NCBI RefSeq assembly: GCF_006345805.1
Contig: NC_042999.1
Span: 139,872,001-139,936,000, forward strand
DNA length: 64,000 bases
Origin: Octopus sinensis
Taxonomy: Eukaryota
Direction: 5' to 3'
Part shown: piece after piece, positions 24,389 through 38,799 of the stretch
Layout: each line of letters starts with the position of its first letter
Position numbering within the stretch: position 1 is the first letter of the stretch
Notes under the pieces: generated by a model
What the model was told of the DNA's origin: nothing
The model's database searches: none
What the model saw: only the letters and a program-made list of their open reading frames with translations
Program-made: the position numbers and the translations under genes

Positions 24389-25006
24389 TCTCTCTATATA
24401 TAGATATATAGGTTATGTTTAAAATTAAAGTTTAGATAATATACTTTAAATTGTAGTATCGAAAACTTGTTTTGGGCTAATGTCCTTAATAGTGTGCCTT
24501 GAGAGCATGTTTACCACATTCGGTTGCCAGGCGTCATCTGCGGTGCTACACTTTAGTCGCAGGATCTACATAAGGAATTCCTCAGTGGACATTTAGTATA
24601 TTTTTTAATAATTGATAGGGAAGACAATGTGTACTACAAGCTTTAATTAGCATGACAATCATTTCGGCTTACGTTTGAACTACTCCCTAGTGGGTGGAGG
24701 ACGATATAATGGAAACTTCTAAATCACTATGCCGTGCTTGCACTTATATTAAACATATATATACACACATGTACATATATATATATATGTATGTATACAC
24801 ACATATATTTACATATATATATACATACATATATATACACACATATATACACATATATATATATGCATACATATACACGCACACACACGTATGCACACAT
24901 ATAGAAATACATATGTGTACATATCTCTTTTACTCGTTTCAGCCATGCAGCTGTGATCATGCTGGAGCACCACCATGATCATTCTGACTTCCTCAGTCTG
25001 GGTGTT

Positions 25007-25762
25007 TCACATTACCACTCCTGTATGTGCCTTTGTCCCAGCTGTTGGTACATTTGGTGTATAAGGGAGTTTGATTCTGCTGCCCTCATGTCGGGCTGTT
25101 AGTTCATCCGGTATTGTGGAGAGGAGGATGTCTAGTTCCTTTTTGAAGACATCTATTTCTACCTTATGCAAATTTCTTAATTTTTGTGGCAGTGCATTGA
25201 AGAGCTGTGGGCCTTTGAGCCCTAGACTACTGCAGTACCTGGTCCTGAATTTAGATGGAGTGGATGGCACTTTTGGTACAATACAATGGTGGCCAGTTCT
25301 GGCATTTGTATAACACTCAATGCCAAAGTTAGGTACTAGCCCTTCTAGGATTTTCAATATGTATATTATTGCACATCTCTCATGCCTTTGCTCCAGGGAG
25401 TAAAGCAGTAGTTTTCTCAGCTTATCCCTGTAGTTCATCTGCTGCACTGTTTCAATCTTTTTAGTGTAGTGGCGTTGAACTGCTTCAAACTACTTAACAT
25501 CTGTTTTTAAGGAAGTCATGCAGCCACTCTCCAAGATTATCAGCAATGCCCTCTGCGAAGTCAAAGTGTATCACACTGACACCTGAATGGTCAAACAGCT
25601 GCTTCAAAGCCCAGTCATAGTGCTGTAAAAGCTGTGAGAAGCAGCTTCTTCCTGGACAGAGGCTATGCTGTGTATTGTTCAGTAGATCATTTTCTTCCAG
25701 GAACATTATCAACTTTCTGATGATTTGCTCCATAACTTTACTGATATGCGAAGTCAGAGAGA
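25007..25762 (-). mobile_element. CR1/L2-group LINE relic, internally deleted
   Basis: RPISLTSHISKVMEQI, GRSCFSQLL, LLLYSLEQRHER..IYILKILEGLVPNFG and GPQLFNALP. Confidence 0.82.
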
Positions 25763-25765
25763 TTG

Positions 25766-25767
<2 letters not shown>

Positions 25768-25801
<34 letters not shown>

Positions 25802-25986
25802 GTACATCTATATACATGCAACAGGCAACAACAAAATATCCAGACAAATGATACAAAAAGGTAAAAGAAAAAACTAGGATGGGTCATTTCGAGTTTGCTT
25901 TGCCCAGTCTTGAGTTAAACCAGCCAAAACTGCAAGCTTTGGCTGGTTTTACTCAAGACTGCTCCAATCTGGCCAGCAGATGTATG

Positions 25987-26018
<32 letters not shown>

Positions 26019-26105
26019 TGTGCATATATATATATATATACATATATATACACACACACATATATATATACACATACATATACATACATATATACACACA
26101 CACAC

Positions 26106-26138
<33 letters not shown>

Positions 26139-26515
26139 CACACACACATACACGTATTTTTACATCTATCTATATATATATATATGTATGTATATATACA
26201 TATACATTTTATTTTTTAATCTTTTATTTTTTAACTCCTATCTTACTTTAAGGATCTCAATATCATTTAATACTACATATATGGATATGCAAGTGGATAC
26301 ATGTGTGTGGATATGATTGTGTATGTATATGCATATGGGTATATGTATATATGTATACTTATGTACCTGTATGCGTGTGCGTGACTGTAAGCGTGTGTGC
26401 GTCTGTCCATATCTGCGTGTGCATGCATGTATATAGATATATGTGTATGTATATGTGTATATATATATGTGTTGTGTGTATATGTATGTATGTCATTATA
26501 CTTAATTCCTTCCTC
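25768..26515. repeat. Microsatellite field of (TA)n, (CA)n and (TG)n
   Basis: Several long dinucleotide tracts; these generate the spurious IY/HT/CV ORFs. Confidence 0.95.
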
Positions 26516-27229
26516 TCTGATTACTACCTATTACACTAACCTATGCAATCATATATGTCTATTTATAGAAATTTGACATCCTTGTATTCTTCCCTCCACT
26601 TTAAAATTACTTCACACTTTGATAACACCCCACCCATCCCTTAATGCAGTTCTATCATATCACCCCTACTCATCTCTTCATATCCTTCCCCCATTCCTCC
26701 CCTCACATTATATTAACCACCAATTACCACTCCTTTTCTCACTTCTTTCACCCTTCACTTTTTTCTTTTTCACTCTTTTTCTTACTGTCATTTTCTCTTC
26801 TTGTTTTCATTTTGACCTATCTCCTCATTCTAAACATACACATACCCCCCATCTATCCACAAATACTGCCAATACATTCTGAAATTTTCATTCATACCAC
26901 AAGACCCTTTTGAATGAGCAAGACAGAATCCACTGCTCCATACTTTGAAATGAACTACTATCGGAACTCACATACCATGTATAGGAAACTTTTTTTTACC
27001 ACTTCTATACACCACTTTCTTCAAATAATGGAACTGCAACTACAATATCTTTATATTTTGTATTTTTATTTATACTTTCATTCTCTTATTTCCCTCTATA
27101 TTCCCTATCTCCTCCTTTTCCACAATAATTCCTTATTTCGAACTCAAATATTACCTGTGCTGATGGGACATTAAAAGCACCCAGTAGTCTTTCTTGTGGG
27201 GTAAGATTTCCTCAAAAGCCCAAGATCCT

Positions 27230-28460
27230 TAGTAGTAGTAGATAGTTTCCATTACCTAAGGGACCAAATTAGCAGTGGAGTAAGGTGCTCTGAAAGTGTA
27301 ATTGCTAGAATAAGAACTGCTGCGTAATGTTCAGAGAGCTTTTATCTTTGTTGATAATAAAAACCTCTCTCATAGAATAAAAGGTAGATAGTATGATACC
27401 TATATATGAACAGCTGTGCTTTATGGTAGTGAAACATGGGCTGTGAATGCAGAGGACACGTGAAGTTTGAAAGAAATGAAGCAAGTATACTCAGCTGGAT
27501 GTGTGATGTTAGTGTGTATGTATGACAAAGTGTGAATGTGTTAAGAGAAATGTTGGATATAAGAGTCATCAGATGCTGTGTGCAAGAGAGAAGACTGCAC
27601 TGGTTTGGTCATGTGATGCATATGAAGACAGCTGCATAAAGAAGTGCCAATCTTTAAATGTGGAAGAGACCCAGAAAAATGGGGACAAAGTGGTGCAAAA
27701 TGCTCTTCAGATGTTGAGCTTCATAGATGAAATGACAAAGGACCGAGACAATTGATGATTTGCTGTGCTTGAGAATACCTGACCAGCTAAGAAAAACCAA
27801 GGCCAAAGAGGCATGTCTTTTATGTCCATGCTCTGTCTCTGACAATCTCTCCTTGTCCAGTTTTCCCCAATACCTCCCTTTCTGCCCATCAGTGTCTACC
27901 ACTCACTGTATTCTCCTCCCCTCTATCTCCCACTCTCCCTTGCAAATCCACCAGAACACTGTCTTTGTCAAATCTTTTCCCATCAAAATACCTGCCTAAC
28001 ACCCTTCCCTCTACCTGTGGCCATTCACTACATCCCTCTCCCCTCCATCTTCCACTCTCCTTTCACAACATTGCAAACATACCCTCCCTTCACTCTCCCC
28101 TATACCAGGTCTACTTCACTATGTACCCCTCCCTGTAACTTTGATGTATACTCTTTCACATCTTCACTATCTAATCTCTCCCCTCTCCTCTCTCTCTGAA
28201 TGAGGTAGCCATGCATCTCATCTACTGTCCCTCTATTCTTCTTATTCTAACATATCACCTGGCACGAAGCCCTCCCTCAGTACTATTCCATTCTCAGTTA
28301 AGGGGTTTTGTTTTGCAAATTACTAGATAACCTTACTGCTGCTGGTGGCACGAAAAAGGTCCCAGTACACTCTGTAAAGTGGTTGGCATTATGAAGGGAG
28401 CCCAGCTGTAGAAACCATGCCAGCAAGGAAAGAGCATGTTAAATGATGATGATGATGATA
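27230..28460 (+). mobile_element. Old RTE 3' relic with a long CT-rich 3'UTR and (GAT)n tail
   Basis: VDSFHYLRDQIS..CSESVIARIR, GSETWAV and a tail at 28444-28459. Confidence 0.75.
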
Positions 28461-30315
28461 TACATTATGTAATACACACATACACATACATATAGCATAC
28501 CATCATCATTTAACATCCATCTTCCATTCTGGCATATATATTATATAAAACAGGGAAAAGATATTTACTTGCATCCAAGTATGAATGTAGGCAAATTGAT
28601 TTTGGAGTTAAAAATGTAATCAGGGCTTAAAATGGATTGTAGGTTTTTTTTTCAATTCAATTTTTTAAAGTCTATTGAAATACTATATTAGTTTCAGCAT
28701 TTAAAAAACTTTTCAATGGTAAATGAAAAGAAAAAAAGAGCAAACAAGATAAAAGAAAATGAACAAGAAAAGTTCCATAGCAACAAAATCTGTTCAAAAA
28801 TCAATAGGTTTCAATACAAAATTACATTATGAAAATTTAAGTTTTCGATAAGTTTCATAGCATTAAGAAATGATGAGAGTTCAAATATTCATAGTAATAA
28901 TAATAATTGCAAGAATAGGTTTCAAAGTAATAAGTTATGATAGCAATTTGATATGATGATGATTTTAAGGAATAAAAAAATAATTTTTTACAAGTCCAAT
29001 CATGCTGTGTTCATCATTTACTTTATTTGTGGAACTTGAACTAGGTTTTCAGCTGATATTGCTGTGTATAATTTCAGCTGATATTGTTGTGTTTTAAGAC
29101 AGTTTCAAGTCCTGATTTGTTTTTCACTCAATGACATAATTTGTTTTTGACAACCAGTGGTCCAGCTTTCTGGTTGGCTGACTGCCGAAGTGCACTGTTT
29201 GTTTATCATATTTTCTGATGATACATTAATGCTCAACAGTAGTCTGAACATGTCTGTGTCCAATGGTGTGGTTGGTTGACTATTTAAGAACATTATATGT
29301 TTAGCAAATATCCTGGTCAGTTGTTTTTTTCTGACAGTTAGTTGGCTGATTCACTTATGATGTCACGGTTGGTTGTATGTATATGAGCATAACCTATTTT
29401 TCCCCCGAATAGACTCAGTTTTAAACAAAAACAAAAATCCCACATAGTGTAATTAAACAGTAATTTGAAGTTAAGTTTTCAAATCCCAGAGCAAGACAAT
29501 TTTATAATATATACATATGATACTAATAATAATAATCTCTTATTATAAAAGGCAGATTTTATCTGCCTCCCTTTGTCAGTTATAGAAATCTACAATATAG
29601 GATTTCTTCAATTACAATTTACTTAGCATTTTTAAGAGTAGAATGCATCGGGTTTTGCCAGGTCCACTTTTTAAAATTTAAACTCCAATTAAGCAAAATT
29701 TACAGAAAACTCACATTCTGGTGTGTATGTCAAATGCTTTTCTTAATGTGTTTTACACCACACGCACACACACACAGTGTGCAACGAATAAAATGAAAGT
29801 AATTCACCTTTTGTAGTGAGTGACTCTTTCAGTCTGCCACTTCCTCTTTACACACATAGACACGCAAATATATAAATAAAATTGTAAGCTAACGTGCGTG
29901 TGTGTGAGGGTGCGTGCGTGTGTGTGTGCGTGCATGTGTGTGAGTGTGTGACAGGAAAGTATTTTAGGACGAATATAAGACTTATATCGGCGATGTTTCG
30001 CTTGTCGTAGCACAGGTTTCCATCGATTTCCGTAAAAAACTTTTATTTTTTTACATAAGTAATGAGAGCGAAAGAGACTAAGAGAAAGCGATTGTATGAC
30101 GAGGGAAGTTCTTTTGAAGTTACCGTGCATGGGACGCATTGATGTACATGTGTGTGTGTGTGTGTGTTTGATGGAGTGTGGGAGACAGACAGTATGTTGT
30201 GTAAGTGAAGTGCTTCTGTTAGTGTGTGTGAAAGAGAGAGATAACTGAAATTTTTTACTCGGTTTATGTTATATGTATGTATGCATGTATGTGTGTGTGT
30301 GTGTGTGTGTATGTA

Positions 30316-30346
<31 letters not shown>

Positions 30347-30429
30347 ATGGCCGATTCAGTGTTTACATTTTTTACGGAAATCGACGGAAACGTGTGCTAC
30401 GACAAGCGAAACATCGCCCCTATATCCAA

Positions 30430-30910
30430 GTAGCAGAAAGATCGCCCAAAAGTGTATATAGATATTTAAATGTATTTATATATTCATCTATACACAGATG
30501 TATGTATAATGTGTGTGTATATATTTCCATACACGTAACCATTCACTCCGCACAAAGTTTTTTAGGACGAAAATAAGATCTAAAGTTATCTCTAAGTAGC
30601 ACAGAGATCGCCCAAAAGTGTATATAGATATATAAATGTATTTATATATTCATCTATGCACACATGTATGTATAACGTGTGTGTATATATTTCCATAGAG
30701 GTAACCATTCACTCCATACAAAGTTTTTTAGCACGAAAATAAGATCTAAAGTTATCTCTAAGAAACAGAAAGATTGCCCAAAAGTGTATATAGATATTTA
30801 AATGTATTTATATATTCATCTATACACACATGTATGTATAATGTGCGTGTATATATTTCCATAGAGGTAACCATTCAATCCATACAAAGTTTTTTAAGGA
30901 CGAAAATATT
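30430..30910 (+). repeat. Three copies of a 166-bp tandem repeat inside the Helitron
   Basis: AT(C/T)GCCCAAAAGTGTATATAGATA starts at 30441, 30607 and 30773. Confidence 0.9.
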
Positions 30911-31139
30911 TATATATAAAAGAAAGGTTGTGTGTCTGTCTACTCCGATTTAGATTCCTAACTACTCCCACATTTTGCGATGCAGTTTAACCAAAACCGG
31001 GTATCTTATAGTCGTGATTCATATCGAGCCCTTCTGGGTATTAGCGCGCGTCTACGATGAGACTATGATTTTACAAATAATTTACCATCATTTTTTTCCA
31101 TTTTAATGCATATTTTAAAAAATAAACGGAAGTAACTCT

Positions 31140-31677
31140 CAAACTTCACACCAATATGCGTGCTCATATGCGACGTAATATCACATCAGCAGCATTTCCT
31201 CACACCCTCCTTGCACTTGGCGAAGGCAAAATACCAGGGGATGAAAATGGTAATATTGCCATCGATTCCATTTGTACCATTGTTAAGACGCCTTCTGATC
31301 TCAGAGATGCAGTGTTCCCAGATCTACAAGCTAATTATCAGAATATGGATTGGATTGGCAAAAAGGCTATACTGGCCCCGAGGAATAAAACTGTTCACCA
31401 TATTAATGATGAAATGCTAAAACTCATTCCTGGGGAAGTCTATGTATATCAGTCTATCGATACAACTCCTGACCCAGAGGACGTCATCAACTATCCAATA
31501 GAGGTACTCAATTCCTTTGAGCACCCCGGACTACCACCACACTTTCTCAAACTTAAAGTTGGTGCCCCTATAATGCTCATCAGAAATTTGGTTCCCCCAA
31601 AACAATGCAATGGCACACGTTTGATCGTTAAGTCCTTATCTCCCACCGTAAGCTTATATCAATATTTGCCTGAATAA
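31140..31677 (+). pseudogene. Helitron RepHel Pif1 helicase fragment
   Basis: KLHTNMRAH, LLALGEG, AILAPRN, GLPPHFLKLKVGAPIMLIRNL and CNGTRL. Confidence 0.9.
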
Positions 31678-32489
31678 TCATCATAATTCAGTGCAATCAT
31701 TAACAGTACTTTCAAGCAATTCAGCCCCGAGCAACGCCGGGCAATTCTGCTAGTAATAATAATAAATGCAAAATTCTGTCTGTTTGGGACCCCTGTATCT
31801 CAGTCTACATTTGCTCTACATAGACGTATTATAACTTTTTGGAATTAGGATGATTCTGAGATTGAAAAGCTGCCCTTCATTTGGTTCTTGAACATCCAGT
31901 GTTGTGATCTGATTTTAAAACATTTGGGTTACTATTTCTAGCAGGTAAAGCTTGGCTGATTCATGCCATCTTGGCTGGTGTTTGTCAGATGAAATCAGAA
32001 ATCAAGGGGGATATAAATGACATTTGCTTTGTTAATTTTATATCAAGAAAAAAACTTTGGAACAAATTGGCCAACAGTTGGGATTCAAATTAGGACTGGA
32101 ACAAAAGAATGATTGCAGTACAAAATTAATTCTCACCTGTCCTTAAAATATGATCAAACACCACTGGGGCATATAGTCATTATAGACATATTATAGTCAT
32201 GCTTTTTAGCTGTCTTTAGTTTTGAACCACAGGCCTAATTAGCCCTTTGCAGGAGATAGCTTAAAAGTCTGCATAGAGTGTGGATTTTAAGCTAATATAT
32301 ATATATATATATATATATTAGTATCTTAACTTTAAATTCAGTTTCATTAGTAGGCCAGGACCTATAGAAGGCACGTGCCTAAGATGCAGTGGGACTGAAC
32401 CCAGAACTATACTACACTTCCACTACTTAAAACCTCCTCTGATATGTGGCATTTAGTGAACAGTTGCTACCTCATCTGTATTTTCAGCC

Positions 32490-32690
32490 ACAAGGCGGGT
32501 TCATCTGGAATTCTTCACAAGAGTAGAGCCAGCTCTGTTTTGAAGACACCTACATCCACCTCATGTAGGTCTCTCAGGCTTTTTGGGAGAATACTGAAGA
32601 GCTATGGCACCATGAAACCCAAGTTGTTGCAGTATCTGGTTCTGTGTCCAGATGGCAATGCTGGGATCTTTGTGAATATACAACAGTAAT
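32490..32690 (-). mobile_element. CR1-like LINE 3' relic of the same family as 25007-25400
   Basis: RTRYCNNLGFMVP*LFSILPKSLRDLHEVDVGVFKTELALL..IPDEP. Confidence 0.72.
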
Positions 32691-33163
32691 GTATAATAAT
32701 ATGTATTAATGTAAACATGTATGCATAATTTCTTCAATACTGAAATCATACTCCATAAAGAAGGTTGTGAAATGGAGGTCATACCTCCTCTTTATGGTTT
32801 TATACATGTGTGTGTGTATGTATGTAGGCATGCATATACATGCCATGTTAAAAGCACCCAGTACACTCTATGGAGTGGTTGTCATTAGGAAGGGCATCCA
32901 ACCATAGAAACCATGCCAGAACAGACAATGGAGCCTAGTGTGACCCTTGGCCTTACCAGCTCCAGGCAAACTGACCAACCCATGCAAGCATGGAAAATGG
33001 ACATTAAATGACAATGATGATGATATACAAATATGTATGTATATACATCAAAGCAAGGCTCAGCAACAGGAAGAACATCTCATCACAAAACTTTGCCTCA
33101 ATTTCCTCCTAGTTAAACCATGCTAGCATGGAAAAACAAATGTTAAATGGTGCTAATAATATA

Positions 33164-33919
33164 CAAGGCCTGATCAATAAGTATCTGGACTGTTGCCTGA
33201 GTAACAAAGCTAAAGCATGAAGAGTGAAGCCGCTTGGCAAAGATTGACTTTGAACTCTGCTGTGCATTGACCATGACATAGAAAGTTGTCATGGCGATAC
33301 CTGCTCAGAGGCCAATGTGAAGTTGTAGAAAGTGTATGAGCCACACACAAGTGTACGAGTGGTTCAGACGTTTCTAAGATGGCCAAGAAAATGTTGATAG
33401 GGACAAACGTTCTGGGTGACCCACAACCAGCAGAACTGAGAAAAACATTGCAGATGTGTGTGTAGCTAAGAGAAATTGTCGAATCACCATCCATGAGGAT
33501 GTGCAGATTAGTTATGGCTCAGTTCAGTCCATTATCACTGAAGATTTAGGTATGAGATGCATGTCTGCCAAGTTTGTGCCATAACTGCTTTCAGCTGACC
33601 AAAAAGCACTTGGGTTTCAGTTGTAAAAAATCTCCTTGATTGAACTGAGAACAATGAAAACTTTGCATAGGCCTCTGAGCAGGTATCACCAAGCTTTCAG
33701 CAAAATTTGATTCAGATTCTCTGCTCAACTTTCTCTGTCCTCGTCAATGCAATGATGACATGCTACACACATTCCTTCCAAGCACTGCTTGGAAGGAAGC
33801 AGAAGTGAGCTAGAACTAGGTAAAACTTAGTGCATATGCATAGCAGTGTTCAAGGTCAATCTGTGCTAAGCGGCTTCATTACTATGGCAACAGTCAGGTC
33901 ACTTATTGATCAGATCACA
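33164..33919 (+). mobile_element. Non-autonomous mariner deletion derivative
   Basis: TA-CAAGGCCTGATCAATAAGT and ACTTATTGATCAG..TA TIRs. Internal fragment ISYGSVQSIITEDLGMRCMSAKFVP. Confidence 0.85.
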
Positions 33920-36149
33920 TATTTATATTGTTTATCTTTTACTTTTTACAGTCATTAGACTGTGGCCATTTTGGAGCATTGCCTTGAAGAGTTTTTAGTC
34001 AAATGAATCGACCTCAGCACTTTTTTAAAGCCTTGTACTTATTCCATCAGTCTTTTGTCGAACTGCTAAGTTATGGGAACATAAACTAACCAACAATAAT
34101 TGTGAAGCAGTAGTGGGACAAGCACAAAGACACACACACACATATGATGGTCTGTCTGTTTCCTTCCATAAAATCCATTCACAAGGCTTTAGTTTGCCCA
34201 AGGCTGTAGTAGAAGACACTTGGTCAAGGTGTCATGCAGTGAGACTGAACCTGGAATGGTGCAGTTGGGAGCAAACTTCTTACTACATAGTCATGCCTGG
34301 TAGAAGACCCCAATTTGGTGGTGGTGATGTGTAAAACAGCTGATAAAATATACGATTCTTGACTAGTACTTATTATGTCAAATCTAGAAGGCAAGGCTAA
34401 GTCAAGTCTCAGAGAGATTTGAAGTTAGAACATGAAGAAATATAAATACTGTAAGGTATTTTGTCCATGATCCATCAATTCTGCTCTTCACAAATCAGCA
34501 AAAATAAACTGCAAATTATATTACTGGTTCATTCATATATTAATATTTAGTCATTCACTGGTGTATTTTGAACTCACACAATGATTAAAATAGCTTTCAT
34601 TTTTTACTCTACAGATGGTCCATTAGTTTTCATAATACATTTAAACATTTGAATAAAAATACTTGGCTCAAGTGTCACAAGAAAAAAATGTTGGTTTCTA
34701 GGAAAAATTGTTTCGCTTTTACTGTCATAGATTTGCTTTGATTGCTTGACAGGAATATTCATTTCTTTTATTGTTCATTTTGTTCTCTGAGATTGCCTGA
34801 AACGGTGAATATGTAATTTCTCATTGTTTGAAAGCAGCTGCTTGTTCTGGTTGTCAGCCAACTTGTCTGCTGCTTTTCAGCAGTGCCTTTAGGTCATCTG
34901 ATGACTACTGCTTCATCAAGTGTTTCTGTGGGTTTGTAGCTGCTTCTTTAGCTTGATTTCAGCATATTGTCTGTTTCTGGTAACTTCTTTTGCTTCTTTC
35001 TGTGTTTTACTAGCATGTTTCTGTTGTCTTGTAGTAGCAGACAGAGTTTGTAAAACTGGTTTACATGCAATAAGACCCCCAGATGAGTCTTTGTTAATGA
35101 CAAAGATTGGGTTCAAATTTCCTCTTTCCATATCTTCCTCCCAATCGAAATCTCTCCCTTCAAACACTAACTTACTAATGAAGCTACTTTGCTCTCATAT
35201 ATCTCCTTTCTCTACTTTTCTTAAAATGATCTCTTTTCTTTAATTTAGATGACAGTAGTTGGATGCTTGTAAATGTGGAGATTAGAAAAGTTAGATATTT
35301 ATTCAATAAAATATTCTGAAAAGGTTTAAATTGCCTTTTTTATACCTCTATATTATAGATTAAATATATCTCAAATACGATACACCTATTTCTCTTGCTT
35401 GAGGTAAACACCTTTGTGCAAGGTGTAAGCTTAAAATGTTAATTATGTTAATTTCTATCACATTTGCTCCTTATCAGTTTGGTTCACTTCTATTACTCTC
35501 TTTCATCTACCACTTTGTCTTATGACTACTGAGAATGAGACACCATCTGGCTGGTGCCAATGAATGAATGAAGACTCTTATGTGTTGTGAGAACAAGACA
35601 GCTTTTCTACTAGTGATGGTGTTAAGATAAAATATACTCAGTATTTTCTTGGCAAACAAATGGAGACAACATAAAGGAAGTCTCTAATCTTTTCAAGAAC
35701 ATGATAATCTTTTTAGCAGTGGTGCCTAGATAAAATGGATTCAGTGAACTGTGTAAAGTGGTAAACAATAGGAAGGGCATTCGACTATAGAAACCATATC
35801 AGACTAAGATGTGGTCCCCATCTCACCTAGCAGGGCAGTTATTCTAAATAAAAACCAAATTGGCACATAACCCAAACAACTCATGCCAGCATGTAAAAGT
35901 AGACATAAAAGATGAGTGCTCTTAGCAATTCAAGACTGTGATTTGATTTTGATTCCTAATACCCTAGGGTAAAACAAACATAATTCTACATTTCTCCTTC
36001 CTCAATCTGGTGCTTTGTTCTCAGCAAAAGAAAATATATTATTTATCCTAAGCAAATGATATTGGGTCAGTTAGCAGGCACAACAGCACTCAGTGTTGAA
36101 TTAAATTTCTCCTGAAGAAGGCAATGATAACCACATCTGCTTGTCATTA

Positions 36150-36795
36150 ACATGATAACAAATTTCATTACATCGACTCTTAATGTTCAACAAGTACTTA
36201 TTTTATTGACACTGAAAGGATGAAAAGCAAAGTCGACCTTGGCTGAATTTGAACTCAGAACAGAGCAATGGGCAAAATACTACTTAGTATTTCGTCCAGC
36301 ATGCTAACAATTCTGTAAGCTTGCCACTTTAATAATGATAATAATAATCTTATTTAATATAGACACAAGGCCTGAAATTGTGGGGAGAGGACTAGTTAAT
36401 TACATCAACTCCAGTGTTTCACTGGTACTTAATTCATCAATCCCGTAAGGATGAAAGGCAAAGTCAACCTCGGCAGAATTTGAACTCAAAACATAGCGAT
36501 GGGTGAAATAACGCTAAGCATTTCCTAGTGTGTTAACAACTCTTTCAGCTCGCAGCCTTAATAATAATAATAATAATAATAATGGTTTCAAATTTTGCCA
36601 CAAGGGCAGCAGTTTGGGGGGAAGGGATGAGTTGATTACACTGACTCCAGTGTTCAACTGGTACTTATTTTATTCACCCTGAAAAGATGAAAAGCAAAGT
36701 TGACCTCAGTAGAATTTGAACTCAGAACAGAGCAAAGAGTGAAATATCAAAAAGCATTTCATTCAGCATGCTAATGATTCTGCCAACTCACCACC

Positions 36796-36840
<45 letters not shown>

Positions 36841-38160
36841 TTCTCATGGCTACAACTTACATCCCCCCCCCCAAAAAAAAACAGTTGACCTGAAAATATT
36901 ACAAAAAACCTTTACAAGTATCTCAATTCTCAGCATTTGGTCTCCTTTCCCTAAAAGATATCATTGCTACTCATAAATAACATACACAATAAAAAGTCCA
37001 ACTAGCAGTTTACGGAGATCTTTGGCTGAGACTTGGAATAGCTTATCTAAATCAAAGCAACAACAACAATGCAAACATAAAGACGTTTTCTAATTTTGGC
37101 ATAAGGCCAGCAATTTTGATAGGAGTGGGCAAGTTGATTAATTGACTCTAGTACTTAAATTTTATTTAACAACCCTTGAGCTAAGCAGGATTTGAACTGA
37201 GGATGTAAAGTGCCAGTAAAAATGCTGCATAACATTTTTTCAGCATGTCATGATTATGTCACATTAATAATAATAATAATCCTTTCTACTATTGGTACAA
37301 GGCCTGAAATTTGGGGGAGGAGGCTAGTTGATTATATTGACCCCATTTCTCATTGATCCTGTTTGGATAAAAAGAAAAGTCGACCTTGGCAGAATTTGAA
37401 CTCAGAATGTAGAGAGGAATGAAGTGCCACTAAGTATTTTGTCTGTGTTAACAATTCTGCCAGTTTGCTGCCTTACTAATAATAATATCTTTTATCAACA
37501 ATGGGGGCATAGATGAGGAAGACATTACAAGAACAGACAACAATTTGCGTGGGGATTTGCATAAAGGACGAGGAGAAATAAATGGAAAAGACAGTGAAAT
37601 GTTTATAAGGTATGTGAAAACATGAAAGGTGCAGTCCTCCTGATAGAGAAGAAACTCAAACTAGGGCCAATCAAGTCACCCCCACAGATACAAAATTACT
37701 CTGACCACCAAAGGTATGAGCTGTCTCTCCTGTTCTCCAGGCACATACTTAGAGTAGGGCCATTCACTCTAACCATTTTTGCCAATAATAATGGTTTCTA
37801 ATTTAGGCACAAGGTCAGCAATTTTTGAGGGGAGGGAGTCACTTAATTACATTGACCCTAAGTACTTGACTGGTACTTTATTTGATTGTTCTGGAGAGAT
37901 AAAAGATAAAGTTACCTTTGATGGGATATGAACTCAGAAAGGAATGCTGCACAACATTTCTTCTTTTGCATTAGCTAAAAGGCTAGAAATTTGGGGAAAA
38001 GGAAGACATGGTCAACTGTATCAACTTCAGTATTTGATTTTTCTTTTTGTTTACCTTGGAAGGATGAATGCAAGTTAACTTGAGCAGATTTGAACCCTGA
38101 ATGTAAAGAGCCAGAGCAAATATCACAAGGCATTTTGTTAATGCTCTAATGATTCTGCCA
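36150..38160. mobile_element. Cluster of tRNA-derived SINE fragments with (AAT)n tails
   Basis: Repeated GGATGAAAGGCAAAGTCGACCTCGGCAGAATTTGAACTCAGAA (reverse B-box-like) units and AATAATAAT tails. The same family recurs throughout the window. Confidence 0.8.
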
Positions 38161-38799
38161 TTTCAAATAATTAATATAATAAAATAAATCATTTTTGTTA
38201 TATTGATGTAAAATATTGCAATCCTAAGTATAAGGATTTCTTATATTGATAAAACTCACAAAGAAATTACTGGTATGTGGTCACTTTCTAGGACCAATAG
38301 AATAAGAAAATATGAAAGGCTAAGCCAGTCCCTTACGTATAACTTAAAGAAGCTATAATATATCGATTTATTCTGAATAAAGTCCCATTATTATGGGAGA
38401 GAGAAATATTGATACTTATTTTTATCAAAATGTGACAAATAAAGATAAAACAATTTTGGCAGAACAATTCAGAACTTAGGGATCAATCTGAAAACTTTAC
38501 TGTATATAGACCAATATTTAGTCAGCTCATTTCGATTGTCTGTCTTGAGTTACGAAATTTATATTTCGAAAGTACAAAATATTTATGAAATATTAATTTA
38601 TGTATGCGAAGAGAAGGTTCGATTGAACAAATCTCAGTAGCTGGAACTGGCACATATTCTAACAACTCAAAAAGGATTAATGACAAAGTTGATCCCAGCA
38701 AATTTGAACTCTCTATGACGTAATTAAATACAGGCCAACCTACTTCCTTGCCTGTCGTCTTAAATATAAACGCTAATATTAACAACGGTAACCACTTAC

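Larger units (their letters stand above)
29536..31753 (+). mobile_element. Non-autonomous composite Helitron
   Basis: A|TC start at 29536. The 3' hairpin CCCGAGCAACGCCGGG is followed by CTAG|T at 31750-31753. Contains a Pif1 helicase fragment. Confidence 0.85.

Noticed and set aside
29000-29340. S/T/Q-rich minus-strand ORF-like segment
   Set aside because: It has stops in all frames, no good splice sites and no motif.
30430-30910. CRISPR-like or satellite array
   Set aside because: These are plain 166-bp tandem units with no unique spacers, inside a Helitron in eukaryotic DNA.
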